Assembly: GCA_004431415.1 (NCBI GenBank)
Contig: QPMI01000587.1
Coordinates: 45,205 to 109,204, forward strand
Direction: 5' to 3'
From: Cyanophora paradoxa CCMP329
Taxonomy: Eukaryota > Plantae > Glaucophyta
Length of the DNA: 64,000 bases
The position numbers and the translations under genes are program-made. This document shows positions 45,023 through 54,539 of the stretch, piece by piece. The notes under the pieces are model-generated. The model searched no databases. It saw only the letters and a list, made by a program, of their open reading frames with translations, and was not told the DNA's origin. How positions within the stretch are numbered: position 1 is the first letter of the stretch; each line of letters starts with the position of its first letter.

Positions 45023-46357
45023 ATGAAGGCAACGCATTTGTTTTTCACATACGCATGCCCTCTCTCTCAAGCGATTATTCTTCTTCGACACGAGGATTTC
45101 AATTTCATTGAATGTGTGTCAATAGTCTGTGTGAACTATCTTTTCCGCTCGCAACAGTCATGTGTGTCCTTGCCGGATCTCGATAGCGCGTTTTTTGCGG
45201 GATCGTGGGTGGTTCAACTCAACACTCCGAAAATTCAACTTAAAGATTTCGACGTCGTTCGCAAATCTTTGCTATCTGCCCCGTTGAGTTTAGAGAACCC
45301 CAACGTTGCATGGGTAGTCCCCCTGCGAGCAGTTTCGTTTCGCTCCCCACTTGTGGTAAACCACGAGGATCTTGCTTCTTTGCGGCATATAGCAGTTGCC
45401 AAGAAATGCGATGAAATCGATCTCACTAGAACTGCCCCAAACCCTCCTTACCCGTGGTGCTGGGGACGGAACTTTAAAATGCATTTTTCAAGGCACCAAG
45501 CCGTGATTACTGTCCAAAACGTCATCATTGGACGAAGTGGAGTCGTGTACGATAGCAGCAAGTTCTACTCGTATGAACCATCGTTCATCATTGAATCAAC
45601 ACCAGAAGATGATGTTGAGCGATGTGTCGAGTTTACTGAAATTGCTCTTGCAATTGCCGAGTGGTATCATCAAGGATATCATCTGTTCATGGAAGCCTTT
45701 CCTCGGTTTCTGTTTGTGTTGGACTTCTTTCGCCAGAATACGCATCTGCCCCTTATTGTCCATGGCAGCACAAAGACCTTTTGGATCGAGATGTTTTCTA
45801 TCTTACATCTTGACGCTAGCCGCCTACTGACCACCACAAATTGTGCAATAAGAGCGAGCATTGCTTTTCTCTCTCTGTTTGCTGATTTTCGATTTGGATA
45901 TGTCCACATGGAATCCTTACTCCTTATCAGAGAAGCGTTCAAAGATCATATCTTGAACCAGACCCAGTCTATTGTTGTTGTCGATCGGACAGGCTTCCAA
46001 AGGAATTTTCATGCAACAGGGAAATTGATCCAGTTACTTGAAAAACATTTTTCACCGTCCAAAGTGGTACCATTTAGAGGCCACCAACTTTCTAGAGTGG
46101 AGCAAGCGAAGATATTCAGCTCAGCGAGAATTATCATTGGACCACATGGTCAAGACTTCGCTAATCTTGTCTTTTGCAATCGAGGCACACTGGTTTTTGA
46201 ACTGCTTCCAATTGAAGGGAATTGCCATAATTATCATATGATATCAGAACTTCTTCAATTGCGCTATGTTGCTTTACCATGGGGTACATGCCATGATTGT
46301 AATTTTGACAATGTATATCCTGAAAGAATTATGGCTGCTGTGAAGCTGCTGACCTGA
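45023..46357 (+). CDS. GT61-like glycosyltransferase
   Basis: GYHLFMEAFPR; EQAKIFSSARIIIGPHGQDFANLVF; VFELLP. Confidence 0.88.
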   Translation: MKATHLFFTYACPLSQAIILLRHEDFNFIECVSIVCVNYLFRSQQSCVSLPDLDSAFFAGSWVVQLNTPKIQLKDFDVVRKSLLSAPLSLENPNVAWVVPLRAVSFRSPLVVNHEDLASLRHIAVAKKCDEIDLTRTAPNPPYPWCWGRNFKMHFSRHQAVITVQNVIIGRSGVVYDSSKFYSYEPSFIIESTPEDDVERCVEFTEIALAIAEWYHQGYHLFMEAFPRFLFVLDFFRQNTHLPLIVHGSTKTFWIEMFSILHLDASRLLTTTNCAIRASIAFLSLFADFRFGYVHMESLLLIREAFKDHILNQTQSIVVVDRTGFQRNFHATGKLIQLLEKHFSPSKVVPFRGHQLSRVEQAKIFSSARIIIGPHGQDFANLVFCNRGTLVFELLPIEGNCHNYHMISELLQLRYVALPWGTCHDCNFDNVYPERIMAAVKLLT

Positions 46358-46509
46358 AGTCTTCTGAAATAATGAATGAAGAATCTGCACCCCCAAAAAC
46401 ACTTATTCTACTGAAATGATGAATGAATCTACCAAAAAAATGAATGAAGAGTCTGGCCCCCCAGCAAAAACTAAAACACCTGAATCCTTGCGAAATCCAT
46501 TGCCCACCA

Positions 46510-46712
46510 TTATCAGGAATGCAGGAGCCGGATCCTGGAACATTTGTGTGGGTTGGAGGCCACTGGGGGGAAACCCCTGCCCCCCCAACTGAGGCCCTGT
46601 AATAGGCTCGGACATTCCGAGTGGGACTCCCACTGAGTGTTTAGGGATTTGAACTTCATCTTGGGTTCACTCCCTCTCCACCTTGGTGCACCTGCCAAAG
46701 GCTAGCGCCTTG
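46510..46712. repeat. Host repeat copy interrupted by the virus-like element
   Basis: gctagcgccttg stops where other copies continue tgcat. Confidence 0.75.
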
Positions 46713-47088
46713 ATGAAATTTAAAAATATATATGAGGGCCATCAATGGGCCAAACGCGAAAAGTCAACTCCGAGAGCTCGAGACTCGGAAGTGACGCTTA
46801 GATTGCGGAGGTTCTTATAACCGCCGCAACAGCTGTGGGGGTACCCCCTCCGAGGCTGGCGATCGCGGCGATCACGACCCTGGCGATCGCGATTTTCTCC
46901 CGATCGCGACCCTTTTCGATCGCGATTTCGAGATCGGGGACATTAATGCGATCGCGAGAAAGGAAAAATCGGAAAAGGCCGAAAAGTGCCGTTTTCACGC
47001 GTGAAATCGATCGAAAACGAGGGTTCGAATCCCGGGCCCGGATTTGGACTTGGTCAGAATCTCGAGTCAAAATGGGAGAAAAATGTGA

Positions 47089-47150
47089 CCTGGGACTTGG
47101 GACTTGGGACTTGGGACTTGGGACTTGGGACTTGGGAAGAGTTAGAATCA
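47089..47150 (+). repeat. (TGGGACT)6 plus TGGGAAGAGTT cassette, copy 1
   Basis: Directly visible. Confidence 0.95.
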
Positions 47151-47194
47151 GAGTCTGGACTCAAAAGCGGGGAAATTTTCGGACGGGGAGAAAA

Positions 47195-47683
47195 ATGTCA
47201 GGCAATCTCTATTACGATTTCCCCTTTGAGTTGAATATGGCATTCGAGAGGCTGCGCGAGTTCTGGCGTTGGCACCTCACAGGACATGACATTCCCGACA
47301 TAACACCAGAGCCCAACACACAGGGCGTGCTTGAAGTCATCCGTCAATATCCGCGTCGATTCAATGAATGGATCGAGTTCCACGCAACGAACCGTTTCCA
47401 GAGTCTCCCCGAGGCCATACGCGAAAATTTCGTGAGGCTGGTGGGACCAGGCTACGACAACCCTAACAATCATAGACCACGCCCAGCTGGCGTGACGCGC
47501 GAAGCTCGAGAAGACCGTAGACTTTTCCGCAGGGAATTGAGAGAGGATAGACGGAGGCTTTCAATGGGGCTCCCGCAGATTGTGAGGGGGTACAGCCCGG
47601 ATTACGAGACTTACCAAGAATTGTACGGCTTCGAAAATCCCTTGAGAGGGTACTACCAGGGTGAGGGCCAGGGGGGCCCCTGA
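47195..47683 (+). CDS. Hypothetical viral protein (162 aa)
   Basis: ATG in AAAAATG context after TTTTCGG motif; open frame. Confidence 0.6.
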   Translation: MSGNLYYDFPFELNMAFERLREFWRWHLTGHDIPDITPEPNTQGVLEVIRQYPRRFNEWIEFHATNRFQSLPEAIRENFVRLVGPGYDNPNNHRPRPAGVTREAREDRRLFRRELREDRRRLSMGLPQIVRGYSPDYETYQELYGFENPLRGYYQGEGQGGP

Positions 47684-47998
47684 GGGTGTACCCCCGGCCC
47701 GAGACTCGACCTTCGGCGGACGCACTCGGGCGATTTCCGTCAGGCCGGCTCCTTTTTCTGCCTTCGGCCAACGCTAAATTTGGCTTTTTTCAGGCCAGTT
47801 GGCAACGTTTTCCGTTGCGAACTAGACCGCGAAAAAAATCGCCACAAAACCGCGGTCCGCCGCCATTTTGGCTCACTCTTGAAACGGGTTCGCCGCCTTC
47901 TCTCAGCCCAAGGAATCCCGCCTCTCCGAATTTTCACAAGTCCGCTCTCTCAGTCACCTCACGTTTTGCCTTTGCTGATCTCTCTTCCCTTTGCGCAG

Positions 47999-49046
47999 AT
48001 GTCGATTCCCTCTGAGCTTGTCGAGGACCTTGCCAAGGCCGCGAGATGTGGACTAAGTCCGCGATTGGCCTACCCGTGAAATGGAGAAGCGTGCCCGCAA
48101 GCTGGGGTACCTCTACCAAGCTCACAGCGGAGAAGGCTTCATACCATCAACCTCAACTTTGTATCCTCCCTTCTGCCCAAGTCCAAGCAACCCAAGCCCG
48201 AGCCCAAGCCCGAGCCCGTCGACGTGCCCCCGTCCCCGGCTGGGTCAAGACTCCCACTGGCTGGGGCGACCCCAAGCTTTTCGCCGAGTCTGCCGCCGAG
48301 ACGCTCGCCTGGGCCTATCCCCCTCAAGTCTTCACGAATTTCCCCCTCCGTCATCGTCGTCATCTGCCCCTCAGCCCGTCGCCGAGCCCGCTCCCGAGCC
48401 AGTCGATGACGCCGAGTCCGAGGCCTCTGACGCCGAGTCTGACATCAACGACTTTATCGACTTTGACGTGCCGATTCAATACGACTCTGAGTCCTCTTCC
48501 GACTCTGAAGGCGACAACGAAAACCCGACTCGCAAGCGCCGCATTATCAAGACCAAGTCAATCGTCAAGAAGAAGTTCATGGAGACCACGTCATTCACCG
48601 ACAACTCCGAGCGAGTCAAGAATCCCGCCAAGGAACACGAAAAAGACTTGAAGATCGGCGCTGGCATTGCCCGTTCTCGCGTGACGTCACACTTCAGCAA
48701 GCGCCTGACTCAGCACGTCAAGATCATTGAGAAGCGCATCATCGCCAAGCGCGAAATGGCCGAACTCCGGCGCAAGTTGCGTCACGAGCGCCTTCTTCGT
48801 CGCGAGATGACGCTGGCCAAGATTGCCGAGCGCAAGAAGAAGGAGGCAGCGGAACTTAGGGCGCGCGTCGAGGCTCAGCAGCGGCGCGAGGCAGAGGCGG
48901 CAGCGGCCTTGGCGGCGCAGCGCGAGCAGGAGCGGCAGGACTTAGTGCAGGCAGCGCAGGCCCTTCCCCGCATTCCCCTTAAGTCCACGCCCGAGGCCCC
49001 GATTGACTTGGTTTCCGACGATGACTCTGATTTTGAGATGCTGTAA
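47999..49046 (+). CDS. Hypothetical viral protein: Pro/Ser-rich, acidic, then basic coiled coil (5' part frameshifted)
   Basis: ORF 48081-49046; RKRRIIK NLS-like; ends PIDLVSDDDSD; upstream ATG at 47999. Confidence 0.55.
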
Positions 49047-49117
49047 ATAGTATTGCGTCATTCCACTGTACATACTGGTAAAAATTGGCCGACTATTCAG
49101 TTATGACTTGGCGCGAT

Positions 49118-49185
49118 CCTGGGACTTGGGACTTGGGACTTGGGACTTGGGACTTGGGACTTGGGAAGAGTTAGACTCAGGGTCT
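49118..49185 (+). repeat. (TGGGACT)6 cassette, copy 2
   Basis: Directly visible. Confidence 0.95.
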
Positions 49186-49464
49186 GGGCCCAGAGTTTCA
49201 CTGGATCCGAGAGTTTGCTGCACCAAGTCACTAACCACCGGGCAGACATTTCGAGGGGTACGGAAATCCGCATACGACGTTTCTGGTGACATTCCAGGTG
49301 AGATTTCAAGTGTGATGTCGTGTGACAGGGGGTACGATTACGGTTACGAAAGATGGTAAGAGTAAAAAAGACTACGAGTAAAAAAGACTATGATTAAAAA
49401 AGTCGGTAGAAAAACTCACCTGACTTGTCTGACAAATTTCTGATCCTGGAGAAAGTCTGGGACG

Positions 49465-49525
49465 GGACCTGGGTTTCAACTCTTCCCAAGTCCCAAGTCC
49501 CAAGTCCCAAGTCCCAAGTCCCAGG
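49465..49525 (-). repeat. (TGGGACT)5 cassette, copy 3 (inverted)
   Basis: aactcttccca(agtccca)5gg. Confidence 0.95.
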
Positions 49526-49546
49526 TTTTTCCGAACCTAGGGCAAA

Positions 49547-49912
49547 ATGGCCCTGCTCCGGTGCACCGACTCGCAAGACGTCGCCTACAACGTCCTGGTC
49601 AACTCGGACGTACCCCCGAGTGCCTTGGAGTTTCCCTGGAGAGTGGACAGGGACAGGGTGAGCAAGACATTTGGAGGACGCAAGCACTACCTCTCCCAAC
49701 TGATCCTCGGGAAGTCGCCACGTGGACGCTACGTGGAACACATCAACGGCAACCCGCTGGACTACAGGAGGGAGAACCTGCGCTGGGTATCGATGTCGGA
49801 GATTCGAAAGAAGAGGAGGGGGTACAGCGATCTACAGGGGAAGAGCGAGGAGATTGCGGAGATGATGGAGGCGGCGCAGGCGCTAGTGCAGCTCAGCCAG
49901 TCTAGACGCTAG
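49547..49912 (+). CDS. HNH endonuclease-domain protein (HNH_3-like)
   Basis: YVEHINGNPLDYRRENLRWVS. Confidence 0.85.
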   Translation: MALLRCTDSQDVAYNVLVNSDVPPSALEFPWRVDRDRVSKTFGGRKHYLSQLILGKSPRGRYVEHINGNPLDYRRENLRWVSMSEIRKKRRGYSDLQGKSEEIAEMMEAAQALVQLSQSRR

Positions 49913-50684
49913 TGGTGTGGATCTTAGTGTCGTACTCGCGGTCAATCGTGCTCCAGGCCACGTAGTTCGTAGCGGTGCCGTTTGCAAGGTTGGTGGTGGC
50001 AGTCGTGTAGTCAGCCTCCGCCTCTATCAACTCAGCCATGAGCGTAGAACCCACGACCATTCCAGAGGTAGGCATACCCGCAATGTTGTTGTACAATTTG
50101 AAAGTGAATTTCGTGAAGAGGAGCCGGGGCCAGACCTGGGTACGGGGATTCGAGGAGTCGAAAGCAAAGGCAGTACCCGAGGCGCCGCCCGTGGTGGCAT
50201 TCGTCATCATTTCCTTTGCGGTCATCTTCCAGAGATTGTACATCTCAAAGGGGACGGCCTGCGTGGTCTTGTGAGTGGCATCGATGGCGGCGCCGTCTAT
50301 GTGGGTCTTGGAGCCGCCGTTAAAGGTGCGAGTGAGGGCGGTGTTCGCAGTGAACTTGAGCTCGAGCACTCGGATTGCGGGCCGATCCGGCACGGAGGGC
50401 TCTATCTTTTTCAGGAGGCCAGAGAGCCAGAGGGCCTCCGCCTCGTCCGCGCTCACACCCGAGTCGATGTCAAAGTACACGTACACGGAGCAGGAGGCGG
50501 GATTCTCGAAATCGTTGGAGGTGACGCGCAGCATGATCGGATTCTGGATCTTCACGGTCAGCATGGAGGCGTAGCTGCCGTCCCAGACCACGGAATCCGT
50601 CCCGGCGTTGGCCGCTGCGACATCGCCGTAGAAATCGGGGGTGGGCAGCACGGTCTTCACGATGGTGCTCGAGGTGGAAGGCAT
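49902..50684 (-). CDS. Beta-rich putative virion protein, paralog 2
   Basis: ATG at 50684 (AAAATG); shares QNP, FD, SGL.KK, R.LE.KF and PR..FT.F.F with 50708-51388. Confidence 0.65.
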   Translation of the reverse strand: MPSTSSTIVKTVLPTPDFYGDVAAANAGTDSVVWDGSYASMLTVKIQNPIMLRVTSNDFENPASCSVYVYFDIDSGVSADEAEALWLSGLLKKIEPSVPDRPAIRVLELKFTANTALTRTFNGGSKTHIDGAAIDATHKTTQAVPFEMYNLWKMTAKEMMTNATTGGASGTAFAFDSSNPRTQVWPRLLFTKFTFKLYNNIAGMPTSGMVVGSTLMAELIEAEADYTTATTNLANGTATNYVAWSTIDREYDTKIHTTSV

Positions 50685-50707
50685 TTTGCGACCTCGGATG
50701 AGAAAGA

Positions 50708-51388
50708 TTATCCGTAGAAGAGGGCGATGTCGTTGCCGATGCCCGAGAGGCGGGCGGCGGGCTGCACGGCGTCGGAGCCCGTGGTGTGCCTGTAGGAAAT
50801 CGAGCACTCGCGCAGCTCCGCGCAGAGGCTGGGGCCCGTGCTGAAGTGGGGCTGGTCGGCGGCGTAGGGGAGGGGGAAGACCTGGAACTTGAAGAAGGTG
50901 AAGGGGAAGCGGGGTAGCCCGGAAGCGCGCGGATTGCCGCCCGTGTAGAGGGCTCCCAGGGTCGCGGGACTCGGATTGAATTTCGTGAAGAGCACGTCGC
51001 CCTTAAGCGTACCCCGCGCCGTGTACGCACCCGTACCCGGTAGACTGTTGTCGGTGTACTGGTTCACGGTGGGGCCGTACCCCGTCTCCCTGAACTTTAC
51101 CTCGAGACAGCGCAGGACGTTGGCCGTGGCCGTGGCAGGCGCGACCTTTTTCACGAGGCCGGATTCGTGCAGCAGCTCGATTACCTCTGCGCTGAGGCTC
51201 AAAGGGTCGAAGAAGAGCTGGTAGGAGTAGATCTTGGGCGTGGCGTAGGCGTTCTGAACGGCCTGAATCACGACGGGATTTTGCAGAAAGACGTCCACGT
51301 AGCTGCCAGAGGAGATGCGTGCGAAATCCTTGGCGTTGGTACCAACATCCAGATCACCTTTGAGGGTCTGGTACCAGTTGGAAGTCAT
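50708..51388 (-). CDS. Beta-rich putative virion protein, paralog 1
   Basis: TAAATG start; motif colinearity with 49902-50684. Confidence 0.65.
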   Translation of the reverse strand: MTSNWYQTLKGDLDVGTNAKDFARISSGSYVDVFLQNPVVIQAVQNAYATPKIYSYQLFFDPLSLSAEVIELLHESGLVKKVAPATATANVLRCLEVKFRETGYGPTVNQYTDNSLPGTGAYTARGTLKGDVLFTKFNPSPATLGALYTGGNPRASGLPRFPFTFFKFQVFPLPYAADQPHFSTGPSLCAELRECSISYRHTTGSDAVQPAARLSGIGNDIALFYG

Positions 51389-51425
51389 TTACACCGGGGC
51401 AGATATTTTTTCGGACTTGGGGGAA

Positions 51426-53441
51426 ATGAGGAGGGTGAAGCGCATTGTGTTGATGAGGCGGAGAGGGCCACGTCCCCTTGGACCCCCACAGAACGTGTCG
51501 GTTACGCGCGTGCCTGGTCAGTTTGCGGCTTTGATTGTGTGGTCCCCTGCCGCTGAAGCGGAAGGCTATGGTGTGAGTCGCACGGTTGGAAGTATAACGG
51601 GCACCCCTATCATTTTCAGTAATGTCACTTCACCATTCACGAACTCCAACCTACTCCCTGGTCGCCTCTACCTCTACACGGTCTTCTCCTACCGGGATCT
51701 GACCGACTCGGGGGGACATATGAAGATTGCGGTGCCCCCATTGTCAGTATCATGATGCCCACGTCGCTCACATCCTCCACCTCCCAAACCTACGGCGATT
51801 TCATTGCGGGGGAGGCCCCACATCGCAGTCCGTACCCCTCCCCACTGTGGTTGTCACCATCAACTGGGAGGCCTTCGTGGACCCCGTCGACGAGATTCGC
51901 ATTTACAGGGATGGTGCATTTAACGGCATCGCAAACAATGCGCTATCGACCTCGTACACGGACGACAGCAACTCCCTGGTGCGCGGCACGCAGTACTCCT
52001 ACCAGGTAGCACCCGTTGTGGGCGGCATCGAGTACGAAAAGTCCGACCCGATATTGGCCTGGACGGTACCGAACGCGCCCACGAACGTGATTGCGAGCGC
52101 GCCCAACGACCAGCAGCAGCCTGTGAGCCTCACCTGGACGGCGTCCATGGGAGCGACGGGGTACAAGATCTACAGGGGCGGGGCCTACCTCGCAACCTCC
52201 GCGACCAACTCCTACAGCGACGCGACCACGATCTGGGGTACGGGGTACGAGTTCCAGGTCTCCGCGACGAACTCGGGGGGCGAGGGGCCGAAGGGCATTA
52301 CAGTCTACGTCACAACGGACCCGGGGGCGCCCACCGGGCTCACTGCAACTCCAACGGCGGGGGCAGCCCAGCCTGTGGTGCTTGCGTGGTCCGCGCCGGC
52401 GATGGGCGTCACCGTCTCCTACAACATCTACAGGGACGGCGTTTTCCTTGCGAACGACACCAGCAGCCCGTATTCGGATACAACAACAGCCTATGAAACC
52501 ACTTACACTTACATCGTCAAGGGTGTCAATCAGATTGGCGAGGAAGGCCCCCCATCGTCGTCAACAAGCGCAACTACTGCAACCGCTCCTGTTCTGGCTA
52601 CATTCTCCTACACCGGAGCTCCCCAGACCTGGGTCGTACCGACAGGGACTATGGCCATTCGTGTCATCATGTGGGCAGCCGGGGGTGGAGGCGGAGAGCA
52701 TGCTGGTTCGGGGGTCCGGGGGCGCGGGTGCTTGTGTCGTTGGTACACTGGCCGTGTCCTCGGGGAAACGCTCATCCTTGTCGTTGGATGCGGTGGTCCG
52801 AAAGGTGTATCGGGGACTGCCACTGCTACTGTCTACGGAGGGGGCGGAAGGGGCTGGAGTCATAGCATCGACCCGGAATACAAAAACGGTGCCGGTGGTG
52901 GGCGTTCTGCGATCCAACGCATTTCTGGGACCGATTTGGTCGTTGCCGGGGGTGGGGTGGGGTACATGCGATTCATCCGGAGGCGGAGGAGTAGGCGGGG
53001 GGCTGACCGGTGGTTCTGCTGAACCGGTTGGCTTAGCCAGTGAGGTGCCAGCTCAAGGAGGCACTCAATCCTCTGGTGGAGCCGGTGTTGTAGCAACAGG
53101 GGCCAGGCCCAGCAACCCAGGAACTTTACGCCAAGGTGGTGAGCCCGGCCCTGATCCAAACGGCTGGAGGTGGGCGCTGGGGCGGCGGCGGTTACTTCGG
53201 TGGGGGTTCTGGGTCCAGCAAGAGCGGAGTGCCTGAGGCCCCGTTAGCAAGAATGTTTGGAGGTGGCGGCGGCTCGAGCTACATTGGCAACTTGACGAAC
53301 GCTACGACCTACCCCGGGTCAGGGCAAACGGCAGGAAACAGCGACAGTCCCCACTACGTTGCTGGCATTGGCAGGGGTGGGAATGGTGGGTCAACGTTCA
53401 GCGATGGCGGCCACGGTCACATAGTGATCTCGGTGGTCTGA
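51426..53441 (+). CDS. Fibronectin type III repeat protein with C-terminal glycine-rich domain (several frameshifts)
   Basis: Repeated P..P.....L.W......Y.IYRDG....Y.D....Y.Y.V; FSYTGAPQTWVVP; GGGGSSY..DGGHGHIVIS. Confidence 0.8.
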
Positions 53442-53451
53442 TATCCATTTG

Positions 53452-54515
53452 TTATTGGTTCTGCAAAGCGGCTACCTGGTCTTTGAGTGTTTGAACTTCC
53501 TGTGCAAGTTCTTGTACTGCTTTCAGCGTCAAGGAAATAAGCCTGTCATAGTTTACCCCCAAAAATCCATCCGCGTTTTCAAAAACAAGGTTCGGCAAGA
53601 CACCTTGAACTTCCTGTGCAATGAGACCGTAATCAATTTTCGAGCCCCCGGAGGTTGTGTTGATCCAATTAAAGGACACAGGGTTCAACTGCAGTAAAAG
53701 AGGGAGAATGTTTGCCAGGCTGGTGATATTTGCTTTCAGGCGGCGATCGCTCGAGGAGTTTGTAAGGTTACCACTGGCATTGGAATAAACGGCCCTGTTT
53801 CCGTCGCCTGTGAGCGATGAGACGATGAGCTGACCCGTTATACCCACGCCGACGGTTCCGCACAGCAGTCGATCGCCGCCATTGTATTTCAAGGTTAGGC
53901 CAGCGGTGACACTCCCACAATCGATTATTGTAGTGTTTTGCATAGACAGGCCGCCAGAAGGGCCTTCGACGGTTGAGGCGAATAGTTTACCCGTTATACC
54001 GACACCTTCAGTCCCGCACAACAGCCGATCCGAGTCACCGTACTTTAGATTTAAGCCGCCGCCACCGCCTGCAATGGTCGGAGTTGTCCCGTGTATGTAG
54101 ACGCTGTTGTCCAGTGCTACTGTACCTGCTACCGATGCATTTCCGTTCACTCTTAGCCCACCCACCACGTTTGCCCCGCCCCCCTGCACGTACAGCGCTG
54201 CGTTCCCTCTCCATCCGCAGCTCCGTTAAAGGTTAGGGCGTTTGTGGTGTGACCACTCCCGTCCCAGGAGCCGTTCGTGACGGTGAGCCTCTGCGTCTTC
54301 ACGCGCCCCGGCACGGCCGATCCGCCCTCCCGCGTGCGCATCTTATCGCAGCGCAGCTCGCCGACTCGCACGAGATCGGCCTCGGAGAAGGGGACGGCCG
54401 TGGCGTTGTAGGGGGCCTCGGTGGCCTGGTTTCCGAGGGTGGTCTCCTTAATCGTGTGATCGCCCTTGTGATTCACGCTGGCAGCGTAGGTGAACAAAGG
54501 AACAGCAACTGACAT
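53452..54515 (-). CDS. Fibre protein with C-terminal Peptidase_S74-type intramolecular chaperone (frameshift ~54190)
   Basis: SSDRRLKANI..LNPVSFNW..GLIAQEV..VNYDRLISLTLKAVQEL plus coiled coil; two LKY..DRLLCGT.GVGITG repeats. Confidence 0.88.
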
Positions 54516-54539
54516 TTTTGGATTGCATCAGAAAATCGA

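Noticed and set aside
47089-49525. True telomere
   Set aside because: Arrays are short, internal, in both orientations and carry a fixed non-repeat tail
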